From the NCBI GenBank assembly GCA_964456485.1, contig CAYVZV010000001.1:1-53924 (forward strand): a DNA stretch of 53,924 nt, written 5' to 3'. Both the position numbers and the translations under genes were made by a program. The notes below the pieces were generated by a model that saw only the letters and a list, made by a program, of their open reading frames with translations, had not been told where the DNA came from and searched no databases. This DNA is from an uncultured Rhodoluna sp. (GTDB lineage: Bacteria; Actinomycetota; Actinomycetes; Actinomycetales; Microbacteriaceae). This document shows, in pieces, positions 28,752 to 40,724 of this stretch. Numbering within the stretch: the stretch's first letter is position 1; each line of letters opens with the position of its first letter.

Positions 28752-29504
28752 TTAGGCGTTAACGTATCGGTCGTAGCCTTCAGATTCAAGTCTGTCAGCA
28801 AGCTCCGGTCCACCCTGCTCGGCAATCTTTCCAGCCACAAAAACATGCACGAAGTCAGGCTTGATGTAGTTCAAGATGCGGGTGTAGTGAGTGATCAACA
28901 GCACACCCATGCTGTTTTCAGTCTTGATGCGATTAACGCCCTCAGCTACAACACGCAATGCGTCCACGTCCAAGCCAGAGTCGGTCTCATCAAGAACCGC
29001 CATCTTCGGCTTTAGAAGCTCCATCTGTAGAATCTCGTGGCGCTTCTTTTCGCCACCAGAGAATCCTTCGTTTACGTTTCGCTCAGTGAAAGCGGAGTCC
29101 ATCTTCAAGTTCTCCATGGCGGTGCGCACATCAGCCACCCAGCCACGAAGAGCGGGAGCCTTGCCATCAACGGCAGTCTTTGCTGTACGAAGGAAGTTTG
29201 AAACGCTGACACCTGGAATCTCAACTGGATACTGCATAGCTAGGAACAATCCTGCTCGCGCGCGTTCGTCGACAGACATCTCAAGTACATTCTCACCATC
29301 GAGCAAAATTTCGCCCTTGGTAACTTCATACTTCGGATGTCCCGCAATCGAGTAAGCCAGAGTTGACTTGCCAGATCCGTTAGGTCCCATTACAGCGTGG
29401 GTCTCACCGCTTTTGATGACAAGGTCGACTCCTCGGAGGATCTCTTTGGTTCCCTGCTCGGTCTCAACTGATACGTGCAGGTTCTTGATTTCTAGTGTCG
29501 CCAT
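28752..29504 (-). CDS. sufC: Fe-S assembly ATPase SufC
   Basis: MGPNGSGKSTL, FLAMQYPVEIPGV, NEGFSGGEKKR, LDETDSGLD. Start ATG 29504. Confidence 0.96.
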   Translation of the reverse strand: MATLEIKNLHVSVETEQGTKEILRGVDLVIKSGETHAVMGPNGSGKSTLAYSIAGHPKYEVTKGEILLDGENVLEMSVDERARAGLFLAMQYPVEIPGVSVSNFLRTAKTAVDGKAPALRGWVADVRTAMENLKMDSAFTERNVNEGFSGGEKKRHEILQMELLKPKMAVLDETDSGLDVDALRVVAEGVNRIKTENSMGVLLITHYTRILNYIKPDFVHVFVAGKIAEQGGPELADRLESEGYDRYVNA

Positions 29505-29508
29505 TTGA

Positions 29509-29829
29509 TTACTCCGTGTCCTTGTCATATTCGATAAAAACTTCGCCATTTTCGATAAGTACTTCGTAAACAGCGACAGGTTCGTATGCCGGCAGGCTCA
29601 AAGGCGCTCCGGTTTCTAGAGAGAACTTTGCACCATGTGCCCAACACTCGATGGTCTCGTCATCGACAAAACCTTCGCTGAGTGAAATTTCACCGTGCGA
29701 GCACTTGTCTGCGATGGCCTTGAACTGACCGTTCTTGGTGTGTACGAGTGCAATCGCGTCATCGCCAATCTTCACTCTAAGAGCTTTACCTGGCTTTATG
29801 TCCTCTACTTTGCAAATCTTCAGAGCCAT
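29509..29829 (-). CDS. Rieske-type [2Fe-2S] ferredoxin
   Basis: CSH...ECWAHGAKF Rieske motif, inside the suf operon. Confidence 0.9.
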   Translation of the reverse strand: MALKICKVEDIKPGKALRVKIGDDAIALVHTKNGQFKAIADKCSHGEISLSEGFVDDETIECWAHGAKFSLETGAPLSLPAYEPVAVYEVLIENGEVFIEYDKDTE

Positions 29830-31004
29830 TAGCTCGCACTCCTCTCAAGTTCAGCTTCAATGGATGCAGCAAGACGCTCTTCAATCTCAGGCACTCCAAT
29901 CTGCTGAACCACTTCCATCAAGAAGCCACGAACCACAAGCCTTCTTGCTTCAAGTTCAGATAGTCCTCGAGCCTGAAGGTAGAACAGCTGCTCGTCGTCA
30001 AATCTTCCAGAAGCGCTAGCGTGTCCCGCACCCTGAATCTGGCCGGTTTCGATCTCCAGGTTTGGAACGGAATCTGCACGAGCTCCATCGGTAAGTAATA
30101 GGTTTCGGTTTAGCTCATAGGTGTCTGTACCTTCAGCAGCAGCACGAATAAGAACATCCCCAACCCAAACGGTGTGAGCTTTAGCGCCCTGAAGTGCGCC
30201 TTTGTAGGTCACTCGTGATTTGCAGTTAGGAGTCGAGTGGTCAACAAAAATGCGGTGTTCTAGATATTGGCCAGCATCAGCGAAGTAAAGCCCGTAAAGG
30301 GCTGCATCCGCGCCTGGCGCCGAGAAATAGGCCGATGGGCTCATACGCACGACAGCACCGCCAAGGGTGATCATTACGTGCTTGAAGTTCGAGTTGCGAA
30401 AAAGTTTGGCGTACTGGGCTCCATTATGAATCGAGTCAGAGTTCCAATCCTGGATAGAAACAACGGTTAGTTTTGCCTCATCTTCAATTACGAACTCGAT
30501 GTTCTCAGACAAGATCGCATCTCCGCGGTGGTCAATGACCAAAACAGAATCCGAACCGCGCTTTGCCTCAACGATGATGTGAAGTGCTGCTGGATCTGCG
30601 GAAACGGATGTAATGGTAATCGTGCTTTGGGCGGAGCCAGTGACTGTTGAAGGAATCGAAACAAGGTAGGCAGCTTTTGCAGCTTCCCAGCCAGCAGCAG
30701 CGACTCGATCCTCGGGGATACCCGCGGCTCCGAAGAGTTTGTTATCAGACTCAATCCAGGAAGTCTCTACACCGTCGGCAAGTTTGCTTTCAATGTCTCC
30801 CGAGAACTCGTCTAGACCAGACTGGTCTAGTCCACCTAATCGGTCGGCAGTGATGTATCTCCACTGTTCTTCTCGGGTGGAGATTTCGGCAAAGTCGGAG
30901 AGCGTGACGGACTTCATTCGCTCCGAGCGAGTTTGAATTGGCACCCCGAAGCCATGGCTGTGTTCTGACAGCCCGTGCTGAGCTGTCTTAGTCGCTTCGC
31001 TCAC
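29829..31004 (-). CDS. sufD: Fe-S assembly protein SufD
   Basis: REEQWRY, YKGALQG, ADSVPNLEIETG...GHAS...FDDEQLFYLQARG. Confidence 0.94.
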   Translation of the reverse strand: MSEATKTAQHGLSEHSHGFGVPIQTRSERMKSVTLSDFAEISTREEQWRYITADRLGGLDQSGLDEFSGDIESKLADGVETSWIESDNKLFGAAGIPEDRVAAAGWEAAKAAYLVSIPSTVTGSAQSTITITSVSADPAALHIIVEAKRGSDSVLVIDHRGDAILSENIEFVIEDEAKLTVVSIQDWNSDSIHNGAQYAKLFRNSNFKHVMITLGGAVVRMSPSAYFSAPGADAALYGLYFADAGQYLEHRIFVDHSTPNCKSRVTYKGALQGAKAHTVWVGDVLIRAAAEGTDTYELNRNLLLTDGARADSVPNLEIETGQIQGAGHASASGRFDDEQLFYLQARGLSELEARRLVVRGFLMEVVQQIGVPEIEERLAASIEAELERSAS

Positions 31005-32422
31005 TAGCCGACGGCCCCTTCCATCTGCATCTCAATGAGTTTGTTCAACTCGAGTGCATATTCCATCGGCAGTTCCTTAGCGATCGGCTCAATAAAACCG
31101 CGAACGATCATCGCCATTGCTTCGTCTTCTGGCATTCCGCGAGACTGCAAGTAGAACAGCTGTTCTTCGCTTACGCGAGAAACTGTTGCCTCGTGCCCCA
31201 TTGAGACATCGTCTTCACGAACATCTACTGCTGGGTATGTGTCAGATCTAGAGATCGTATCCACCAATAGGGCGTCGCAGCGAACCGTGTTCGCACTGTG
31301 ATGAGCTCCAGGGTTCACTCTGATCTCACCACGATATGAAGTTCTTCCGCCACCACGAGCGATTGACTTTGAAACAATCGAAGAAGATGTGTAAGGAGCC
31401 AAGTGAATCATCTTCGCTCCGGCGTCCTGGTGCTGACCTTCTCCCGCAAATGCAACGGAAAGGGTTTCACCTCTGGCGTGTTCGCCGGCAAGAATCACAG
31501 AAGGGTACTTCATAGTGACCTTTGACCCGATGTTGCCATCAATCCACTCCATGGTTGCACCCTCATGAGCAATTGCTCTCTTGGTTACCAAGTTGTAGAC
31601 GTTGTTAGACCAGTTCTGAATAGTTGTGTATCGAACGCGTGCGCCCTTCTTCACAATGATCTCAACTACCGCTGAATGCAATGAGTCAGATTTGTACACC
31701 GGCGCGGTGCAGCCCTCTATGTAGTGAACATAGGAATCCTCGTCAGCGATGATTAAGGTTCGCTCGAACTGTCCCATATTTTCGGTGTTGATTCGGAAAT
31801 AGGCCTGAAGTGGGATCTCGACCTGAACGCCCTTTGGAACGTAGACGAATGATCCACCGGACCATACAGATGTGTTCAACGCGGCAAACTTGTTGTCTCC
31901 AGCCGGGATAACGGTTCCGAAGTACTCCTTGAAAATTTCAGGATGCTCTTTCAGGGCTGTGTCGGTGTCAAGAAAAAGGACACCCTTCTTCTCAAGTTCT
32001 TCATTGATCTGGTGGTAAACAACCTCTGATTCGTACTGGGCTGCAACTCCAGCGACTAGTCGCTGGCGCTCTGCCTCAGGAATACCGAGCTTTTCGTAGG
32101 TGTTCTTGATTTCTTCTGGAAGATCTTCCCAAGTCTGAGCCTGTCGCTCGGTCGAGCGCACGAAGTACTTGATGTTGTCAAAGTCGATTCCAGAAAGATC
32201 TGAACCCCAAGCTGGCATGGGCTTCTTTAGGAAGTATTCGTAGCCCTTTAGTCGACGATCCAGCATCCACTGTGGTTCTGACTTCAAATTGGAGATGTCG
32301 CGAACAACATCTTCGCTAATGCCGCGTTTTGCGGTCGCTCCAGCATCGTTGCCATCAGACCAGCCGTACTCATAGGTACCGAGACTGTCGAGTTCGGGCC
32401 GTTCGATGATGTTCTCAGTCAA
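31004..32422 (-). CDS. sufB: Fe-S assembly protein SufB
   Basis: [47 protein letters not shown]. Confidence 0.97.
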   Translation of the reverse strand: MTENIIERPELDSLGTYEYGWSDGNDAGATAKRGISEDVVRDISNLKSEPQWMLDRRLKGYEYFLKKPMPAWGSDLSGIDFDNIKYFVRSTERQAQTWEDLPEEIKNTYEKLGIPEAERQRLVAGVAAQYESEVVYHQINEELEKKGVLFLDTDTALKEHPEIFKEYFGTVIPAGDNKFAALNTSVWSGGSFVYVPKGVQVEIPLQAYFRINTENMGQFERTLIIADEDSYVHYIEGCTAPVYKSDSLHSAVVEIIVKKGARVRYTTIQNWSNNVYNLVTKRAIAHEGATMEWIDGNIGSKVTMKYPSVILAGEHARGETLSVAFAGEGQHQDAGAKMIHLAPYTSSSIVSKSIARGGGRTSYRGEIRVNPGAHHSANTVRCDALLVDTISRSDTYPAVDVREDDVSMGHEATVSRVSEEQLFYLQSRGMPEDEAMAMIVRGFIEPIAKELPMEYALELNKLIEMQMEGAVG

Positions 32423-32568
32423 TTAGAACCCCTTAGTTAGATGTGGATAATGGGTACAACCCGCCTCGGCTTCGAGGAATTCCCGCACAAAAACCGTGCG
32501 AAACTTGTCTTGCAGATAACTTTACCAAGATTGTTGAATCTCAACCCAATGAAAGGTCCCAAGCTGCC

Positions 32569-33480
32569 ATGAAGCTGATTAGGGCTGTTTTCTCCCCCAA
32601 GCGCCTCAAAGTCTATGCCTGGGCGTCCTTAGTTAGCCAGATTCTGATCGTGGTCACAGGGGGCTTGGTCCGCCTAACTGGCTCAGGCCTTGGTTGCCCA
32701 ACATGGCCAAGGTGCACCGAGGATTCGTTTGTGACAGTGCCTGAAATGGGATGGCACGGAGTAATTGAGTTTGGTAATCGTCTATTGACCTTTGTCCTGA
32801 TCATCATCGCTTTGTTCACCTTTATCGTGGTGCGAAGAACCTTAAAAGCTGAACGTAGGGGCCTTACTTGGCCAGCACTCCTGCTTGGCCTTGGAATTAT
32901 TGCTCAAGCGTTGCTAGGTGGCCTCACTGTGCTAACCGGATTGAACTCTTGGGTTGTAGGGGCTCACTTCCTGCTTTCCGGGGTGCTTATCTCAATCGCG
33001 GCTGTTCTTCTTTGGCGGGTTTATTCACCGGTGCATCAGCCAATTAGCTACGCAGCAGTTTTGTTAGCTTGGCCAATCTTTGTAGTTGGATGGGTCACCG
33101 TTGTTATCGGAGTGATTGTCACTGGAGCGGGCCCTCACGCCGGAGATGCAACAACCCCACGCAACGGATTTGATCTCGAAGTTTGGCAGCACTACCACTC
33201 GTGGCCTGCGTATGCCATGACTGGATTGGTTGCAATCGCTCTTGCACTGGTTTGGCGCAGCCTTCCTTCAAACCAGATTAAAAATCCCGCAGTAAAAGCC
33301 TTGGGCATTCTTCTTATCAATTCAATCGCTCAAGCCATTCTGGGAGTTGTTCAATCGAATCTTGGGGTACCGGCGTTGATGGCCGGAGCGCACATGCTTG
33401 GAGCCGCAGTGATTATCTCGCTTCTTACCTTCCAGTTGCTCGCGCTTCGATCCAAATATCAAAGACCTGGAGTGCGCTAA
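32569..33480 (+). CDS. ctaA: Heme A synthase (COX15/CtaA)
   Basis: VRLTGSGLGCPTWPRC, IEFGNR, TGAGPHAGD, about eight TM. Start ATG 32569 follows GAAAGG. Confidence 0.9.
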   Translation: MKLIRAVFSPKRLKVYAWASLVSQILIVVTGGLVRLTGSGLGCPTWPRCTEDSFVTVPEMGWHGVIEFGNRLLTFVLIIIALFTFIVVRRTLKAERRGLTWPALLLGLGIIAQALLGGLTVLTGLNSWVVGAHFLLSGVLISIAAVLLWRVYSPVHQPISYAAVLLAWPIFVVGWVTVVIGVIVTGAGPHAGDATTPRNGFDLEVWQHYHSWPAYAMTGLVAIALALVWRSLPSNQIKNPAVKALGILLINSIAQAILGVVQSNLGVPALMAGAHMLGAAVIISLLTFQLLALRSKYQRPGVR

Positions 33481-34848
33481 GTGGCAAGAATCTTCTGGTT
33501 TCGGCGTGACCGAAGACTGCAGGATAACCTCGCGCTTAACTCTTGCGCTGAAGCAGCCATCGCTGACGGCGACAAAGCAGTCATTCCTATTTTTTGGTTG
33601 AACGGATCCGAATTCGAGAACCTCAGCGGACTCAGACAACACTCTCTTACTGAGTCACTAAATGCCCTCGATGAATCTATGGGTTTTAATCTCGAAGTAA
33701 TTGACAGCCCAGACATGAGCGCACTTGTAGAGTACGCGGCGTCGGCTAAGGTGCGCTTTATCCATGCCACCGAAAGTTTTGACCCAGAGGGCATTGCTGA
33801 GCAACGCGCTTTATCGGCCAAGCTCAAAGGAACTGGCATAGAGCTAGTTCTAGAAGACTCTTACTACGCAGTAAAACCAGGAACCGTAGCCAAGCCAACC
33901 GATGGAACTGCTTATCGCGTCTACACGCCTTTCTATAAAGCCTGGTTTCAAATCGGCTGGCCAGCCCCGGCAAAACTGACTAAAGGCTTCGAATGGAAAT
34001 CTAGATCTGGTAAATCCAAGATTCCCAAACCAACCAAGTCAGCTCCTTTCAAGGTCAAGGCAGGCGAGGCCTTTGCTCTAGAGACGTTCAAAAAATTTCA
34101 ATCCAGAGCAATTGCCGATTACTCGGAGAATCGAAATCGACCAGATCTTTCTGGAACCTCTCACCTCTCCCATGCCCTTGCTCACGGCGAGATTCACCCT
34201 CGTACCCTCCTTGCTCCGCTATCTGATTCCGATGGACACACCGTATTCAGGAAAGAAATTGCCTGGAGAGAGTTCTACGCAGACGTGCTTTATCGAAACC
34301 CGAACACAATCGATGACTATTACGAGCCAAGGTTCAAATCCATGAGGTATGACACCGGAGCAAAGGCAAAAGCAAAACTTGAACGCTGGCAATCAGGGAC
34401 AACTGGTTTTCCAATGGTCGATGCAGGAATGAGGCAGCTTCTTGCTACGGGATGGATGCATAACCGCGTGCGCATGATTGTCGCGTCGTTTCTTGTAAAA
34501 GATCTTCACTTAGAGTGGCAGCTTGGCGCGAAGTGGTTCGAGCAGAACCTAACTGATTTTGATCCTGCTTCGAATTCGCATGGCTGGCAATGGACAGCAG
34601 GATGCGGAACCGACGCCTCGCCTTACTACCGAGTCTTCAATCCAATTCTTCAAGGCTATAAGTTTGATCCAGAAGGAGAGTATGTTCGGAAGTTCATTCC
34701 GGAGCTCGCTCACATTACCGGTCCTGAAGTTCACGAGCCTTGGCTATTGGTTGACGGGCTTCAACACGGCTATCCGGAGCCAATGCTCGATCACAGCGTC
34801 GAAAGGGATGAGTCGCTAGCTCGTCTAGAGGAAATTAAAGTAAAGTAG
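33481..34848 (+). CDS. phrB: Deoxyribodipyrimidine (CPD) photolyase
   Basis: [67 protein letters not shown]. Confidence 0.9.
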   Translation: MARIFWFRRDRRLQDNLALNSCAEAAIADGDKAVIPIFWLNGSEFENLSGLRQHSLTESLNALDESMGFNLEVIDSPDMSALVEYAASAKVRFIHATESFDPEGIAEQRALSAKLKGTGIELVLEDSYYAVKPGTVAKPTDGTAYRVYTPFYKAWFQIGWPAPAKLTKGFEWKSRSGKSKIPKPTKSAPFKVKAGEAFALETFKKFQSRAIADYSENRNRPDLSGTSHLSHALAHGEIHPRTLLAPLSDSDGHTVFRKEIAWREFYADVLYRNPNTIDDYYEPRFKSMRYDTGAKAKAKLERWQSGTTGFPMVDAGMRQLLATGWMHNRVRMIVASFLVKDLHLEWQLGAKWFEQNLTDFDPASNSHGWQWTAGCGTDASPYYRVFNPILQGYKFDPEGEYVRKFIPELAHITGPEVHEPWLLVDGLQHGYPEPMLDHSVERDESLARLEEIKVK

Positions 34849-35751
34849 CGGATCAATCGCGATAGCAACAAACAGAAGCGTGAGATAACTAATCGACCCG
34901 TGGAATAGACGCATCGGGTTAGTGATCTCCCCCACTATTGACTGTCTGTAAAGACGGTATGACTCAATAATGAACCAAACTCCTGTGATGAGTGCCGTGA
35001 GCGTGTAAATCACACCCATCGACCCAACTGGAATAAGCAGCAGCGTTGATGCAACAAGGGCCCACGCATAGAGAATGATCTGAACACCAACTGTTTTGTT
35101 GTTTCGAACCACCGGAAGCATCGGTACTCCCGCATCGGTGTAATCCTGCTTATAGCGAAGCGATAGGGGCCAGTAGTGCGGTGGTGTCCACAAGAAAATA
35201 ATCAAGAACAGTACCCAAGCTGCAGGTGCTAGATCGTTAGTCACAGCCGCCCAACCAATTAGGACAGGCATTGATCCAGCAGCCCCACCCCAGACGATGT
35301 TTTGAGGTGTGCGGCGCTTCAGAAGCAGGGTGTAGATAAAGACGTAGAACAAGATTGCAGCTAGTGAAAGCATTGCAGCCAGAGGATTTACCAGAACGGC
35401 TAACCACACAACCGAGGAGATACCGAGGATCCAGGCAAAGATGTAGGCCTCAGTTTTAGTCAGCTCGCCAGTGACCAAAGGTCTTCCGTTGGTTCGACCC
35501 ATGATTTTGTCGATGTCGGCGTCGATGTAGCAGTTGAAAGAGTTCGCACTACCGGCACTAAGTGCCCCTCCAACCACTGTTGCGACCATGAGCCACAGGT
35601 CAGGAATACCCCTTTGGGCCAGGATCATCGTTGGCACGGTGGAAACCAAGAGCAACTCGATAACTCGAGGCTTGGTTAGCTCGAAGTATGCCTTAGCTTT
35701 CCGCCCGAAACTTGGGCGTTGCACAGCGACATCAGCAGTTTTTGTAGTCAT
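34825..35751 (-). CDS. ctaB: Protoheme IX farnesyltransferase (heme o synthase)
   Basis: [22 protein letters not shown]...[22 protein letters not shown]. Confidence 0.95.
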   Translation of the reverse strand: MTTKTADVAVQRPSFGRKAKAYFELTKPRVIELLLVSTVPTMILAQRGIPDLWLMVATVVGGALSAGSANSFNCYIDADIDKIMGRTNGRPLVTGELTKTEAYIFAWILGISSVVWLAVLVNPLAAMLSLAAILFYVFIYTLLLKRRTPQNIVWGGAAGSMPVLIGWAAVTNDLAPAAWVLFLIIFLWTPPHYWPLSLRYKQDYTDAGVPMLPVVRNNKTVGVQIILYAWALVASTLLLIPVGSMGVIYTLTALITGVWFIIESYRLYRQSIVGEITNPMRLFHGSISYLTLLFVAIAIDPLLYFNFL

Positions 35752-35762
35752 GATTTAGTACA

Positions 35763-35772
35763 AGTCTAAGCT
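35763..35772. promoter_or_regulatory. Back-to-back -10 hexamers (TAGACT on -, TAAGCT on +)
   Basis: AGTCTAAGCT between the divergent ctaB and tkt genes. Confidence 0.4.
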
Positions 35773-35926
35773 GAATTTCCTTGCATCTAGGCCCCAGGGC
35801 AGGTTTGGGCATTGAGTGTAAAGTGATACAAAGTGCCTAAAAGCCGAGCAATCTAAGAGGGCTAGAGTGCATTTTTACGCCAACTGAGCAACGTCGCCAG
35901 TTTCAATCTTTCGAGTTAGAAAAAGG

Positions 35927-38032
35927 ATGTTAGACCCAGTGAGCGAATTTACTTGGACCGATCTAGACAAAAAGGCTGTTGACACAGCTCGTGTACTGGC
36001 TGCTGACGCGGTTGAGAATGTCGGCAATGGGCACCCTGGTACCGCCATCAGCCTTGCACCTGTTGCACACCTGCTGTTCCAGAAGGTAATGCGTCATGAC
36101 CCAAATAACCCTGAGTGGGTCGGAAGAGATCGATTCATTCTGAGTGTTGGTCACTCGTCCCTTACTCTCTACAACCAGCTCTACTTAGCTGGATTCGGCC
36201 TAGAACTCGACGACATAAAAGCTCTGCGCACCTGGGATTCACTAACCCCAGGTCACCCAGAGTATGGTCACACCAAGGGCGTTGAGATCACAACCGGGCC
36301 ATTGGGTCAAGGCTTAGCATCGGCAGTTGGCTTCGCTTACTCCGCAAGATTCGAACGAGGTCTTTTCGACCCAAACACCCCAGAAGGCAAAAGCCCCTTC
36401 GATCACCACATTTACTGCATTGCAGGAGATGGCGACATGCAAGAAGGCGTCACTTCCGAAGCGTCTTCCCTAGCGGGTCATCAGCAGCTCGGCAACTTGA
36501 TTGTGCTTTACGATTCCAACCAGATCTCTATTGAGGACGATGTCAACATTGCTTTCACCGAGAACTTAGAAGATCGCTACAGATCCTACGGCTGGCATGT
36601 GCAGACAGTTGACTGGAAGAAAACCGGTTCATACGTTGAAGATCTGGCAGAGCTGTATCGCGCAATCCAAGAAGCAAAAGCAGAAACAACTAGGCCTTCG
36701 CTAATTACCATCAGGACAATTATTGGCTGGCCATCCCCTGGCAAACAGAACACGGGAAAAATTCACGGCTCTGCCCTTGGCAAGGAAGAGCTCGCCTCTT
36801 TAAAGCAAGTTCTCGGATTTGACCCGGAAAAGAATTTCGATGTCCCGCCAGAAGTAATTGAGTACACCAGATCACTGCGTGACCGCAGTAAACCTACATT
36901 AGACAAATGGCACCAAGACTTTGAGGCTTGGAGCCAAGCTAATCCGGCTCAAAAGGCACTTTTCGACAGACTGCAGGTAGGTCAAACGCCGAAAGAGCTG
37001 ACTACGTCACTTCCTGAATTCGAGGCTGGTACCGAAGTTTCGACACGGGCAGCGTCAGGAAAAGTGTTGAACGCAATTGCAGCGGTCATGCCCGAGCTCT
37101 GGGGCGGTTCTTCCGATCTAGCGGAATCAAACAACACCACGATCGCCGGTGCTAAGTCCTTTGTTCCAGCAGAGCACTCAACTAACGAGTGGAGTGGAGA
37201 CAAGTACGGACGAGTTTTGCATTTTGGAATCCGCGAGCACGCCATGGGTGCGATTCTTAATGGAATTGCGCTTCACGGAAAGACTCGTTCCTACGGCGGC
37301 ACCTTCCTGATCTTTAGTGATTACATGAGGCCAGCTGTTCGGTTGGCAGCCCTGATGAAGGTGCCTTCAATTTTTGTTTGGACTCACGACTCGGTGGCCC
37401 TCGGAGAAGACGGGCCAACCCACCAGCCGATTGAACAACTGGCTACCCTTCGAGCCATCCCAGGCCTAGACGTTGTCAGACCAGCTGATGCGAATGAGGT
37501 TAGCTACAGCTGGAAGAAAATTCTAGAGCGCCGCTCCGGGCCAGCAGGCATAGCCCTAACCAGACAGAACATTCCAGTGATAAATCGTCAAGCCCCAGAC
37601 GAAACTGGAGTCACATACGCTTCAGCCGATAACACTGAATACGGGGCGTACGTGCTCGCTGAAGCTTCCTCGGGCGCTCCAAAGCTGATACTGATTGCAA
37701 CTGGTTCAGAACTTCAGCTAGCTGTAGCTGCCCGTCTTGAGCTCGAGAAATCTGGAATCCCAACTCGCGTAGTTTCTGCTCCGTGTCTTGAATGGTTTGA
37801 GGAACAAAGTGTGCAGTACAAGGAATCAGTTCTTCCAAGTGCAGTGACTGCAAGAGTTTCTGTCGAGGCCGGGCTTTCGCTTGGTTGGTCAAAGTACGTT
37901 CCTAGCGGGGCCAGTGTTTCTATTGAGCACTTTGGGGCTTCTGCCGATTACAAGACCTTATTTGAAAAGTTTGGTATCACTACAGATGCGGTTGTGAAAG
38001 CTGCGAGAAGTGTTTTAGAAGGAGCAAAGTGA
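35927..38032 (+). CDS. tkt: Transketolase
   Basis: [42 protein letters not shown]. Confidence 0.97.
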   Translation: MLDPVSEFTWTDLDKKAVDTARVLAADAVENVGNGHPGTAISLAPVAHLLFQKVMRHDPNNPEWVGRDRFILSVGHSSLTLYNQLYLAGFGLELDDIKALRTWDSLTPGHPEYGHTKGVEITTGPLGQGLASAVGFAYSARFERGLFDPNTPEGKSPFDHHIYCIAGDGDMQEGVTSEASSLAGHQQLGNLIVLYDSNQISIEDDVNIAFTENLEDRYRSYGWHVQTVDWKKTGSYVEDLAELYRAIQEAKAETTRPSLITIRTIIGWPSPGKQNTGKIHGSALGKEELASLKQVLGFDPEKNFDVPPEVIEYTRSLRDRSKPTLDKWHQDFEAWSQANPAQKALFDRLQVGQTPKELTTSLPEFEAGTEVSTRAASGKVLNAIAAVMPELWGGSSDLAESNNTTIAGAKSFVPAEHSTNEWSGDKYGRVLHFGIREHAMGAILNGIALHGKTRSYGGTFLIFSDYMRPAVRLAALMKVPSIFVWTHDSVALGEDGPTHQPIEQLATLRAIPGLDVVRPADANEVSYSWKKILERRSGPAGIALTRQNIPVINRQAPDETGVTYASADNTEYGAYVLAEASSGAPKLILIATGSELQLAVAARLELEKSGIPTRVVSAPCLEWFEEQSVQYKESVLPSAVTARVSVEAGLSLGWSKYVPSGASVSIEHFGASADYKTLFEKFGITTDAVVKAARSVLEGAK

Positions 38033-39135
38033 GTTCACCTCTTCATGACCTAAAAGCCGCTGGCGTAAGCATCTGGCTCGATGATCTATCTCGCGAAAGG
38101 ATTGAATCTGGCTCCCTCAAGGCACTGATTGAATCAAGAGCGGTTTCGGGAGTCACTACGAACCCGACTATCTTTGCCGGCGCATTCTCCAAAGGTGCGG
38201 CTTATGCCAAGCAACTCGCGGAGCTTTCCGCCCGAGGCGCCAGCGCCGACGAAGCAATTTTCGAAGCCACAACAGATGATGTACGCGCCGCGTGCGATGT
38301 CTTTGCAGATGTCTATAGGCAAACAAATGGTGTGGATGGGCGAGTCTCGATAGAAGTAGAGCCCGGTTTTGCCATGGACACTGAGAAAACCGTAAGTCAA
38401 GCCAAAGCTTTGTTCGAAGCCGTGGGGCGCGAAAACGTAATGATCAAGATTCCCGCAACCAAGCCAGGCCTCTCCGCAATCACCGAGGTCATCGCAGCAG
38501 GTATCTCTGTAAATGTGACCCTAATCTTCTCCCTGGAGCGCTACGCCAAGGTAATCGAAGCTTTCCAGGAAGGCATTTTGCTTGCCAAGGCTAGCGGACA
38601 CGATCTATCAAAGATTCACTCCGTAGCTTCTTTCTTTGTCTCCCGTGTTGACTCTGAGATTGACAAGCGCCTGGATGCTATTGGTACCCCAGATGCGCTC
38701 AGTTTGAAATCTAAGGCAGCGCTAGCTAACGCACGGCTTGCGTATGAAGTTTTTGAGATCAATTTCTCAACCGATTCTTGGAACAGGCTCGAAGAAGCCG
38801 GAGCTAACAAGCAACGACCTCTGATGGCTTCAACTGGCGTCAAGGATCCAGCCCTACCGGACACTTTGTATGTCACAGAGTTGGTTGCACCGCAGCTAGT
38901 AAACACAATGCCTGAGAAGACCATGGAAGCCGTCTTTGATCATGGCGTAATTGATGGCGACACGATCACTGGAACATACACTGCAGCGAGAGAGGTTCTT
39001 GCGAGCCTCGAGTCTCTAGGCATCTCATACGACGAAGTTGTTTCATTGCTGGAACAAGAAGGCGTGGACAAGTTCATCGTCTCTTGGAATGAACTTGTTG
39101 CCACGGTATCGAACGCGCTGGACTCAACTAAATGA
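38029..39135 (+). CDS. tal: Transaldolase
   Basis: [42 protein letters not shown]. Confidence 0.96.
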   Translation: MSSPLHDLKAAGVSIWLDDLSRERIESGSLKALIESRAVSGVTTNPTIFAGAFSKGAAYAKQLAELSARGASADEAIFEATTDDVRAACDVFADVYRQTNGVDGRVSIEVEPGFAMDTEKTVSQAKALFEAVGRENVMIKIPATKPGLSAITEVIAAGISVNVTLIFSLERYAKVIEAFQEGILLAKASGHDLSKIHSVASFFVSRVDSEIDKRLDAIGTPDALSLKSKAALANARLAYEVFEINFSTDSWNRLEEAGANKQRPLMASTGVKDPALPDTLYVTELVAPQLVNTMPEKTMEAVFDHGVIDGDTITGTYTAAREVLASLESLGISYDEVVSLLEQEGVDKFIVSWNELVATVSNALDSTK

Positions 39136-40724
39136 CCCTAAAGGTTTCGCATTCAGGTGCTGTTTCTGACGCCGTTGCAAAGTTTGTACCCGATTTAGTA
39201 AGTCAGAGGATCGCTTCTCGAATATTTGCCAAAGACTACACTCTCTGGGGTAAAGATGCTGAGTCAGAATCAGCAATTCGCCTTGGATGGGTGGAGGCCG
39301 CAGAGAAGAGTCTTGCTCTAATTCCAGAACTAGAAAAACTACACGCTGAACTGTTAGCTCAAGGTCTTTCTCGTGTGGTGCTCTGTGGCATGGGAGGGTC
39401 CTCTCTGGCACCTGAGGTCATAGCCCGAACTGCTGGAAAAGAGTTAGTTGTCCTAGATTCCACCGATCCATCTCAGGTGCGGGCAGCTCTATCCGGGGAT
39501 CTAACGAAAACACTGGTTGTGGTTTCTTCTAAATCCGGTTCCACCGTAGAGACGGATTCTCAGAAGAGAAGCTTTGAGGCCGCCTTTGAAGCCGCTGGCA
39601 TCGACAAAACCACTCGAATCTTTATCGTCACTGACCCAGACTCCCCCATGCACAAGCAAGCCGTGGCTGATGGCTACCGAGTCTTTCTCGCCGATCCAAC
39701 CGTTGGCGGCCGGTACTCGGGACTTACGGCTTTTGGGGTTGTGCCAACTATGCTTGCCGGCTGCGACACTGAATCGATTTTGCACAGTGCAATCGCAGCT
39801 ACCGAAAGCTTGTCAAGCGACAGTGAAGAGAACCCTGGTTTGATCCTTGGCGCCGCTATGGCTCGAACGGCAAACAGAAGTGGTTTCAAGGACAAGCTCG
39901 GCTTCGTTCCGGCTGGCAGTTCAATTGTTGGCTTCGGTGATTGGGTAGAGCAATTGATCGCTGAATCCACTGGAAAGTTAGGCCGAGGTGTGTTGCCGGT
40001 AGTCCTGGAGCAAACGTCTCACGAGCTCAAGGTGGCCCAAGACGATGTGCTGCTGATTGGACTTTCAGATAATGCATCAGGTTCTGATTTCGAGCTTGTT
40101 GTATCAGGCGATTTGGGTGAGATGATGCTGGCTTGGGAGGTCGCCACTGCTGTGGCATCTAACCTGCTTGATGTCAATCCATTTGACCAACCAGATGTCG
40201 AGTCCGCGAAGATTGCAGCTAGAGCCCTTCTTGAATCCCCCGCCGATGGAATTGAGTACGCTGGCTCTGATTCGGGGGTCGACTTTGCAGCGCTTGGGTT
40301 CGAACTTAGAACTTTAGAAATTCGCGAGAGCCTCAATCAGTTATTTGAATTTGCGAAGGACGATTCGTACTTTTCTGTTCACTGCTACCTGAACCGGAAA
40401 GAGCTTGGTGAGGCAGTGAAGCTTAGGGATCTAATCGCGCAGCGATCCAACCGCCCAACAACTTTTGGCTGGGGTCCAAGATTCTTGCATTCGACTGGCC
40501 AATATCACAAAGGTGGTCCTAAACAGGGGCTGTTTATACAGATTGTCTCGGGAGATGGCGACGATCTAGAAATTCCTGGACGCCCGTTTGGATACCGTCA
40601 GCTGATTGACTCCCAGGCTAGCGGCGACGCGAAGGTTCTCCATCAGGGAGGGTCAAAGGTGCTTGTCTTGCGTCTTGCAGACCCCGAACAAGGCATCAAA
40701 GACTTAATTGGTGCACTCAGCTAA
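39132..40724 (+). CDS. pgi: Glucose-6-phosphate isomerase
   Basis: [45 protein letters not shown]. Confidence 0.92.
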   Translation: MTLKVSHSGAVSDAVAKFVPDLVSQRIASRIFAKDYTLWGKDAESESAIRLGWVEAAEKSLALIPELEKLHAELLAQGLSRVVLCGMGGSSLAPEVIARTAGKELVVLDSTDPSQVRAALSGDLTKTLVVVSSKSGSTVETDSQKRSFEAAFEAAGIDKTTRIFIVTDPDSPMHKQAVADGYRVFLADPTVGGRYSGLTAFGVVPTMLAGCDTESILHSAIAATESLSSDSEENPGLILGAAMARTANRSGFKDKLGFVPAGSSIVGFGDWVEQLIAESTGKLGRGVLPVVLEQTSHELKVAQDDVLLIGLSDNASGSDFELVVSGDLGEMMLAWEVATAVASNLLDVNPFDQPDVESAKIAARALLESPADGIEYAGSDSGVDFAALGFELRTLEIRESLNQLFEFAKDDSYFSVHCYLNRKELGEAVKLRDLIAQRSNRPTTFGWGPRFLHSTGQYHKGGPKQGLFIQIVSGDGDDLEIPGRPFGYRQLIDSQASGDAKVLHQGGSKVLVLRLADPEQGIKDLIGALS

